Source of the DNA: an uncultured Varibaculum sp.
Lineage (GTDB): Bacteria; Actinomycetota; Actinomycetes; Actinomycetales; Actinomycetaceae
Direction of reading: 5' to 3'
NCBI RefSeq assembly: GCF_902489465.1
Contig: NZ_CABTZZ010000003.1
Span: 12,108-76,107 of the forward strand
Length of the DNA: 64,000 nt
In this document: positions 58,896 through 64,000 of the stretch, one piece after another
Numbering within the stretch: the stretch's first letter is position 1
Layout of the letters: each line of letters opens with the position of its first letter
The notes under the pieces: model-generated
What the model was told of the DNA's origin: nothing
Database searches by the model: none
Seen by the model: the letters and a program-made list of their open reading frames with translations, nothing else
Position numbers and translations under genes: made by a program

Positions 58896-59999
58896 TTAGT
58901 AAACCATGTTCATTGCCTGGCGAACCTCCGCCAAGGTCTGGTTAGCGACCTCATTGGCGCGTTGATTTCCGCGCTCTAGTACCTGCCACAAATAGCCAGG
59001 GTCAGCCAAGAGTTCCGCGCGCCGCGCCCTAATCGGGGACAGGGCGCTATCTAAAGCCTCCGTGAGTACCTGCTTCAGCTTGCCCGCACCCTGATCTCCG
59101 ATTTCCTCGGCCAAAGCGCACGGATCCTGCCCGCTAGCTAGGCCGGCCAGGCGTAACAGGTTCGAAACCTCGGGGCGATTCTCGGGATCATAAGTAATCT
59201 GGCGCTCGGCATCAGTCTTGGCGCGTTTAATCAGCTTCGCGGTCTCATCACTGGTCATCCCCAGTTCGACCGTATTCCCCCGCGACTTCGACATTTTTTC
59301 GCCATCCAACCCCAAAATCAGGGCACCATCACCAGAAAGCAAGCCCTCCGGACGGGGAAATACCCGGTGGTCTAAATCTGATTTGCGCCGGAAGACCCGC
59401 TCGAAACGATCCGAAATTACCCGCGCCTGCTCCAAGTGAGGAAGCTGATCTTTACCTACCGGCACCAGGTTCGCTTTACAGAACAAAATATCGGCCGCCT
59501 GATGTACCGGGTAAGTCAGCAACAATCCCGACATAGGCCGCTCCGACGCCTCCAACTCTGCCTTCACCGTGGGGTTGCGGTGCAACTCCGCCTCCGTAAC
59601 TAGCGACAGGAACGGTAACATTAACTGGTTCGCTGCCGGCACCGCTGAGTGCGTGAAAATCGTGGTCTTTTCCGGATCCAGGCCGCAAGCAAGATAGTCT
59701 GCCAGCATATTGAGGACACGCTCGCGAATCGGGCCAGTACCCTCCCGATCTGTAATCACCTGATAGTCCGCGATCAGAATCCAGGTTTCTACCCCGCGCT
59801 GCTGGATCGTGACCCGGTTCTTAATTGTCCCGAAATAATGCCCCAAATGCAGGGCGCCCGTGGGGCGATCCCCAGTGAGTACCCGGAACTTGGAAGGATC
59901 CTTGTCGATCGCCGCCTCAATCTCTTGAGATTTCAGCTCCGCGCGCTTCAAAGAAGCCGCATCAGTGGAATTTTCTAGTTTCTCGCCGCTTTCGCTCAT
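58896..59999 (-). CDS. trpS: Tryptophan--tRNA ligase
   Basis: HIGH-type motif (GALHLGHYFG) and KMSKS. The track start is at 60047, but I prefer ATG 59999 (MSESGEKLEN). Confidence 0.9.
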   Translation of the reverse strand: MSESGEKLENSTDAASLKRAELKSQEIEAAIDKDPSKFRVLTGDRPTGALHLGHYFGTIKNRVTIQQRGVETWILIADYQVITDREGTGPIRERVLNMLADYLACGLDPEKTTIFTHSAVPAANQLMLPFLSLVTEAELHRNPTVKAELEASERPMSGLLLTYPVHQAADILFCKANLVPVGKDQLPHLEQARVISDRFERVFRRKSDLDHRVFPRPEGLLSGDGALILGLDGEKMSKSRGNTVELGMTSDETAKLIKRAKTDAERQITYDPENRPEVSNLLRLAGLASGQDPCALAEEIGDQGAGKLKQVLTEALDSALSPIRARRAELLADPGYLWQVLERGNQRANEVANQTLAEVRQAMNMVY

Positions 60000-60072
60000 G
60001 ATTCCCAGTCTACGGTGCCAAGGATATTCCCGGAAAACCGGATGCAATCCTGCAGCTTTTCTTGTCAGTTGT

Positions 60073-60179
60073 GCGTGGAGGCGAGATTTTTCCTCCTGCC
60101 CAAGAATTCGGGAAACGTGGCCACGTTTTCCGAATTCTTATGCCCACCGCGCCTGCTCGGATAAAATCTCGCCCCCGGG
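60073..60179 (+). repeat. Structured intergenic repeat, copy B (same orientation as A)
   Basis: GCGTGGAGGCGAGATTTTTCCTCCTGCCCAAGAATTCGGGAAACGTGGCCACGTTTTCCGAATTCTTATGCCCACCGCGCCTGCTCGGATAAAATCTCGCCCCCGGG. It forms the left border of the low-GC cassette. Confidence 0.85.
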
Positions 60180-60358
60180 TTCACTCGGAATAACTTTTAC
60201 CCCACGCTTTCCCAATACATTGAAGCTGCTAGGTCTGGTTGCACTCGGGTTTTCGGGAATGAAGTTAAATAACAGAGTGTGTCGGCTGTTAGTTGCGAGT
60301 GCAGTTGATTTTCTGTTGCCTTGAAATTTGGCGGTAGTTCCGCGCCTGTAGGTTGTAT

Positions 60359-61150
60359 TTATTGCTCTAAGTTGTCATCGATCAAGGTACTACCCGAATC
60401 AATATTTGACATTTGAGTTATATGAAGGGGATCTTTTTCGTTTTCTGGTGGTCTATTAACGCATTCTCTTACCCCATCGACATGCTCCGAAAGGCTGTCT
60501 GTAACATGTGCCCACATTGGATCAAGTAAGAAATCAATTCCGCCGCGTCGCGCATACTTAGCTGCGGGTACAAAGTCTGAATCCCCCGAAATCATGATTA
60601 TTTGGTTGACTATTCCAGCCTGAGCGAGAGAAGCAATGTCCAGACCCATGCGCATATCAACGCCTTTTTGGGTAATGTCAAACCCAAAATCTTGTTCGGT
60701 TAAATCATCGACCGTCTTTCGTCCTGCGCATAAATCCTTCAGTGGCGCAGGCTTTAAAAAATACCCGCGTTGGGTTTCGAGTTCCTCACCTCTACGGAAC
60801 GCGACTTTGCGTTTGCGTATTAGTGCGGTGAAAAAATCATTTGCCCATCTATACTGGTCGCTTTTTCGTAGATTAACTTGTTTTTTCAACAGAGGATGGT
60901 AAAGCACCTTATCGGAGGGCGGGCAATCGTAGTAAAACACTCTGTACAAATTGCTACGCGATTCACGAATATGGCGGCGACAATATGCCATCAATTCATC
61001 TGCTCGATCCTGCGGTTCTTTATCTCCGAAAAGAAAATGAGCCCGTCGTCTGTAGAATCCGCCATCTACCATGATGGCGGTGATTAATGGGCGGCGTACA
61101 ATTTGTAAATCTTCTGGTCTTTTGCCGTTGGCAGTGCTGTGTTTCGTCAA
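60359..61150 (-). CDS. NYN-domain (LabA/DUF88-like, PIN-fold) predicted ribonuclease
   Basis: 263-aa ORF in low-GC DNA, with a TTG start (uncertain). The acidic motifs IMVDGGF, QKGVDMRMGLDIASLA and IMISGDSDFVPAAKYARRGG match the NYN/LabA pattern. Confidence 0.75.
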   Translation of the reverse strand: MTKHSTANGKRPEDLQIVRRPLITAIMVDGGFYRRRAHFLFGDKEPQDRADELMAYCRRHIRESRSNLYRVFYYDCPPSDKVLYHPLLKKQVNLRKSDQYRWANDFFTALIRKRKVAFRRGEELETQRGYFLKPAPLKDLCAGRKTVDDLTEQDFGFDITQKGVDMRMGLDIASLAQAGIVNQIIMISGDSDFVPAAKYARRGGIDFLLDPMWAHVTDSLSEHVDGVRECVNRPPENEKDPLHITQMSNIDSGSTLIDDNLEQ

Positions 61151-61258
61151 TGTTTGCGCGAATCCTTGGGGTGAACGAAGCTCCTGTCATCGGCACTCTC
61201 CTGATAAGTGGAGGGTCAACGGCAGGAGCCCTTTCCCTTCATGATACCCCTATTTTCG

Positions 61259-62440
61259 TTATGATGCAGTTGCTCTGGACAGGTTTGCCGTGCGCGAATT
61301 GTTGGGGGCGAAAGTTAGGAGTTGGTCGCGGTAATACTCGTACTGTTTACGTCGAGCCGCAATTTCTGCCGGTAAACCAGAAGAAAGATCATTTACCAGA
61401 GCATCAAACTTATCCAGAATGGCAACAATGCGTTCCTGCTCCTCCAAAGATGGAACGGGGATTTTATATTGTTTAATAATTGTCGCATTGATGTTTGATT
61501 GTGAACCCCGTCCCAAGGATTTTAACTGCTCGTAATTGTTTGCAACTATGTGAAATACATATCGATAGTTAGCGACAGTTGAATTAATTTCTAAATTGCA
61601 ACAAGCCTGATTTGTAGTCAAAGCTATTTTAGCTATTGCTGTTTTTGCAGCCGTAGCACCATACATAGCTATTACTATGGAATTTTCTTTTACCCAGTTA
61701 GCTGCAGAATTCTGTAATCCGAGTTCAGTAATTGTCGCAGACGTTTCAAATATTTCGTTAAAGTTAATGTCCTGTGTACGCAGCCAAGGAATGCTTCCAC
61801 CGAAATAACCAGGAACATTACGTTTTGGAGTACCTCCAGAAGAAACCTTTGTGCAAACATCGGTCAGCGGCAGGAGTTTTACGTTGTCTTCTCCTAAACG
61901 ATTGGTGAGATTCTCCAAGGTTAAAAGCGAGTCGCGGTAGTACTCGTACTGTTGGCGACGAGCTTCTAGCTCCGTAAAAGAATCTAAAATCCGTACGATC
62001 TCATTTTGCACTTCCAGTGGCGGCACTGGAATCTTTAACTTGGCGATATCTTTCGGATAGACATGGGGGACTCCGCTTCCCTTCTTCAGGGAATGTAAGA
62101 ATTCCTGTTTATTCTTCAACCAGTGGTAAAGAAAACGTGTATCTAGTTGAGGATCAGTGGTGATACTAAAAGCATCTGAAACAAAAATTGGCGAGTCCCA
62201 ATACTGAACAAAGCCGGCGTAAGCGCCCGAACCGGCAACCGTTAGCAGCTCGCCAGTTCGGTTTGATTCGTTGTGCCAATAGGCGGGGCCTCTGCCACCT
62301 GCTATCACCGGGATATCTCCAGGAATAGCAGTTTTCTTAGATATGTACTTTCCCCGCTCTAGTGTCGCAACATCGGATATTAGCTTCTCATCCACGCCGT
62401 TGGGGCAGAGGTGGGAGATTAGGTCTTCTACTCGGCTCAT
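61259..62440 (-). CDS. hsdS: Type I restriction-modification specificity subunit (two TRDs), orphan
   Basis: I trimmed the track ORF to ATG 62440 (MSRVEDLISHL; AAGAGG RBS 7 nt upstream). There are two TRDs, each followed by the conserved helix (LEVQNEIVRILDSFTELEARRQQYEYYRDSLL and LEEQERIVAILDKFDALVN...RRKQYEYYRDQLL). Confidence 0.85.
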   Translation of the reverse strand: MSRVEDLISHLCPNGVDEKLISDVATLERGKYISKKTAIPGDIPVIAGGRGPAYWHNESNRTGELLTVAGSGAYAGFVQYWDSPIFVSDAFSITTDPQLDTRFLYHWLKNKQEFLHSLKKGSGVPHVYPKDIAKLKIPVPPLEVQNEIVRILDSFTELEARRQQYEYYRDSLLTLENLTNRLGEDNVKLLPLTDVCTKVSSGGTPKRNVPGYFGGSIPWLRTQDINFNEIFETSATITELGLQNSAANWVKENSIVIAMYGATAAKTAIAKIALTTNQACCNLEINSTVANYRYVFHIVANNYEQLKSLGRGSQSNINATIIKQYKIPVPSLEEQERIVAILDKFDALVNDLSSGLPAEIAARRKQYEYYRDQLLTFAPNNSRTANLSRATAS

Positions 62441-62622
62441 GCGGTTACCTCTTTGTTTAGGGTGCTGCTGGCGCTTTTGGGGATTGGTGTTTGCGCTGTT
62501 GCAGCTTGCAAGGTGAACCTCCCGATAATCGCGACCTCGTCCTATATCGTACAAAGTTACTAAGCATCTAGCGGTAAATTTGCCGCCGCTGATCTACTTC
62601 ACTGACAGATATTTGCAGGTTC

Positions 62623-62732
62623 GCGCGGGGGAGAGATTTTATCCGAGTGGGTGCGGTGGGCATAAGAATTTGGAAAACGTCGCTACGTTTTCCAAATTCT
62701 TGGGCGGGAGGAAAAATCTCGCCCTCGTGCGC
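62623..62732 (-). repeat. Structured intergenic repeat, copy C (inverted relative to A and B)
   Basis: Its reverse complement aligns to A and B along the whole length. It forms the right border of the low-GC cassette, directly after the glgX stop. Confidence 0.85.
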
Positions 62733-62795
62733 ATAGTAAAATCCCCACGATGTCCATATATCGTTAAGGATTTTTTCTACCAGGAGCGGGAATGA

Positions 62796-64000
62796 TTAAT
62801 CCCCGCTGGAGTCGGCTAGGAAAAGCTTGATTGACAGTGGCTCCAGGAAAATATCGTCGCCGGCGAGGTTGAATGGGGGAGCTTCCGCTTCTGGTTCGGA
62901 AACCGCAGAATCCCAAATTTCTTGATAGGCGGTTCCTCGTCCCGGAGCTAAGCGCACATGCTTAGGATCTAGCGTCCCATTGAAAACCGCCAACAAATCC
63001 TGATCCCCGTAGGGGCGTCCCGAACGGAGCATCTGGAAAACTCGGCTGGCCGGATCATGCCAGGCGCGATCACCCATCAGCAGTCCCACCTGGTTATACC
63101 AGGAAAGATCAGGGATGCTATCTCCCGGATGTCGCTGTCCGCTCAAGTAGTTTGCGGGCCGGAAAACTGGGTGTTCACGCCGCAAAGTAATCAGCTTTCG
63201 TACTGCCACATAAAAGTCTTTTTGCCAATCCACCAGTTCCCAGTTCAGCCAGGTAGTTTCATTGTCTTGGCAATAGGCGTTATTGTTGCCGCCTTGCGTG
63301 CGGGCAAACTCGTCACCAGCCAGAATCATCGGGGTACCCGCAGAAATAAATATGGTGGTAAACAGGTTAAGCGCAGAGCGCACCCGGGCATTTAGCAGTT
63401 CCGCCAGTGGAGAGTCGCCATCTAAAGCCAGTTCCTTTTCAATACCGAGCTGGAATGCGCGCCCTTCACTACCGTGATTCCAAGACAGGTTGTTGGGGGA
63501 TCCGTCCCGGTTATTCTCCAGGTTCTCTTCGTTATGTTTATGGTCGAAGCTAACCAAATCCCCCAAGGTGAAGCCGTCGTGAGCGGTTACGAAGTTAATC
63601 GAACAGCGGGGAGGGCGCACGGCCGGGACATCCCCAACCCCATACATGTCTTGGGAACCAGAAAGCCGGGAAGCTAGTTCAAAGGGGGGAGCACCGCGAG
63701 ATTCTCCCCGCGACTGGGCGCGCCCATCGGCAATCCAAAAACCGCGGACAGTATCGCGAAAACGATCATTCCAAGTAGAGAACGGTAACGGAAAATCGCT
63801 GGTACGCCAACCGTCAGGTCCCACGTCCCAAGGCTCTGCGATCATTTTCTTGTTCCGTAAAACCGGATCATCTAGGCAGGCCTGGAAGAAAGGATGGAAA
63901 CGAGTGAAATGTTCCTCGCCCCGCCCGCAGGTAACACCCAGGTCAAAACGGAAGCCGTCGACTCCCACATCGCCTGCCCAATACCGCAAAGAATCCATGA
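62796..64000 (-). CDS. glgX: Glycogen debranching enzyme (GH13), C-terminal ~400 aa; N-terminus lies beyond the right window edge
   Basis: GVDGFRFDL, MIAEPWD and FVTAHDGFTLGDLVSFDHKHNEENLENNRDG are typical GlgX motifs. The reading frame is open to position 64000. Confidence 0.85.
   Translation of the reverse strand, partial: MDSLRYWAGDVGVDGFRFDLGVTCGRGEEHFTRFHPFFQACLDDPVLRNKKMIAEPWDVGPDGWRTSDFPLPFSTWNDRFRDTVRGFWIADGRAQSRGESRGAPPFELASRLSGSQDMYGVGDVPAVRPPRCSINFVTAHDGFTLGDLVSFDHKHNEENLENNRDGSPNNLSWNHGSEGRAFQLGIEKELALDGDSPLAELLNARVRSALNLFTTIFISAGTPMILAGDEFARTQGGNNNAYCQDNETTWLNWELVDWQKDFYVAVRKLITLRREHPVFRPANYLSGQRHPGDSIPDLSWYNQVGLLMGDRAWHDPASRVFQMLRSGRPYGDQDLLAVFNGTLDPKHVRLAPGRGTAYQEIWDSAVSEPEAEAPPFNLAGDDIFLEPLSIKLFLADSSGD

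Noticed and set aside
60048-60358. T-box or other leader RNA upstream of trpS
   Set aside because: The region is explained by repeat copy B plus low-GC cassette sequence. I found no specifier-loop/T-box motif.
62441-62554. 38-codon N-terminal extension of hsdS in the ORF track
   Set aside because: It has no RBS and is not HsdS-like. ATG 62440 has AAGAGG 7 nt upstream and gives a typical HsdS N-terminus.
60073-62732. Integron gene-cassette/attC interpretation of the repeat-flanked hsdS-NYN unit
   Set aside because: The two repeats are in inverted and not direct orientation. There is no intI or attI nearby, and copies also occur singly elsewhere.

Overview
This 64-kb window looks like a chromosomal segment of a mid/high-GC Gram-positive actinobacterium. 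The GlgE alpha-glucan pathway, a DivIVA-domain protein, a PucR regulator, the pheA/serS neighbourhood and a sortase-type surface protein suggest Actinomycetales, perhaps Actinomycetaceae-like. I cannot name the species from sequence alone. All homology calls come from motifs I recognised by eye, since no searches were possible. I support about 46 protein genes and one tRNA-Ser(UGA), and most of them are housekeeping. They include glpABC (glpC is absent from the ORF track because it runs off the left edge), dcd, an MFS pump, pheA, a DAG-kinase-family gene, serS and lacZ/galK. There is also a Trx-TPR/lipoprotein/membrane-protein operon, the UPF0210+ACT pair, an ABC-2 exporter, ybaK, mntH, glgB, gabD-gdh with a divergent PucR regulator, glgE-treS-pep2, sanA-trpS and glgX (partial). 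The accessory or unusual content has four parts. (1) A ~2.4-kb low-GC cassette lies between trpS and glgX and carries an orphan type I specificity gene (hsdS) plus a NYN/LabA-like predicted nuclease. It is bracketed by inverted copies of a ~106-bp structured repeat, and it is my best candidate for an undescribed (defence-like) module. (2) That repeat family has three canonical copies plus variant copies, and compensatory base changes preserve two hairpins. (3) A 0.7-kb non-coding stretch upstream of glgB contains a 523-bp ORF-less element with perfect 29-bp terminal inverted repeats and nested repeat-family members. (4) Several large or odd envelope proteins are present. These are a 1534-aa polytopic membrane protein next to a GT2, a 1701-aa beta-helix/Ig-repeat surface protein with a non-canonical sorting motif, and a membrane protein with a long hexapeptide-repeat tail. 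I found no CRISPR array, rRNA, transposase or integrase.
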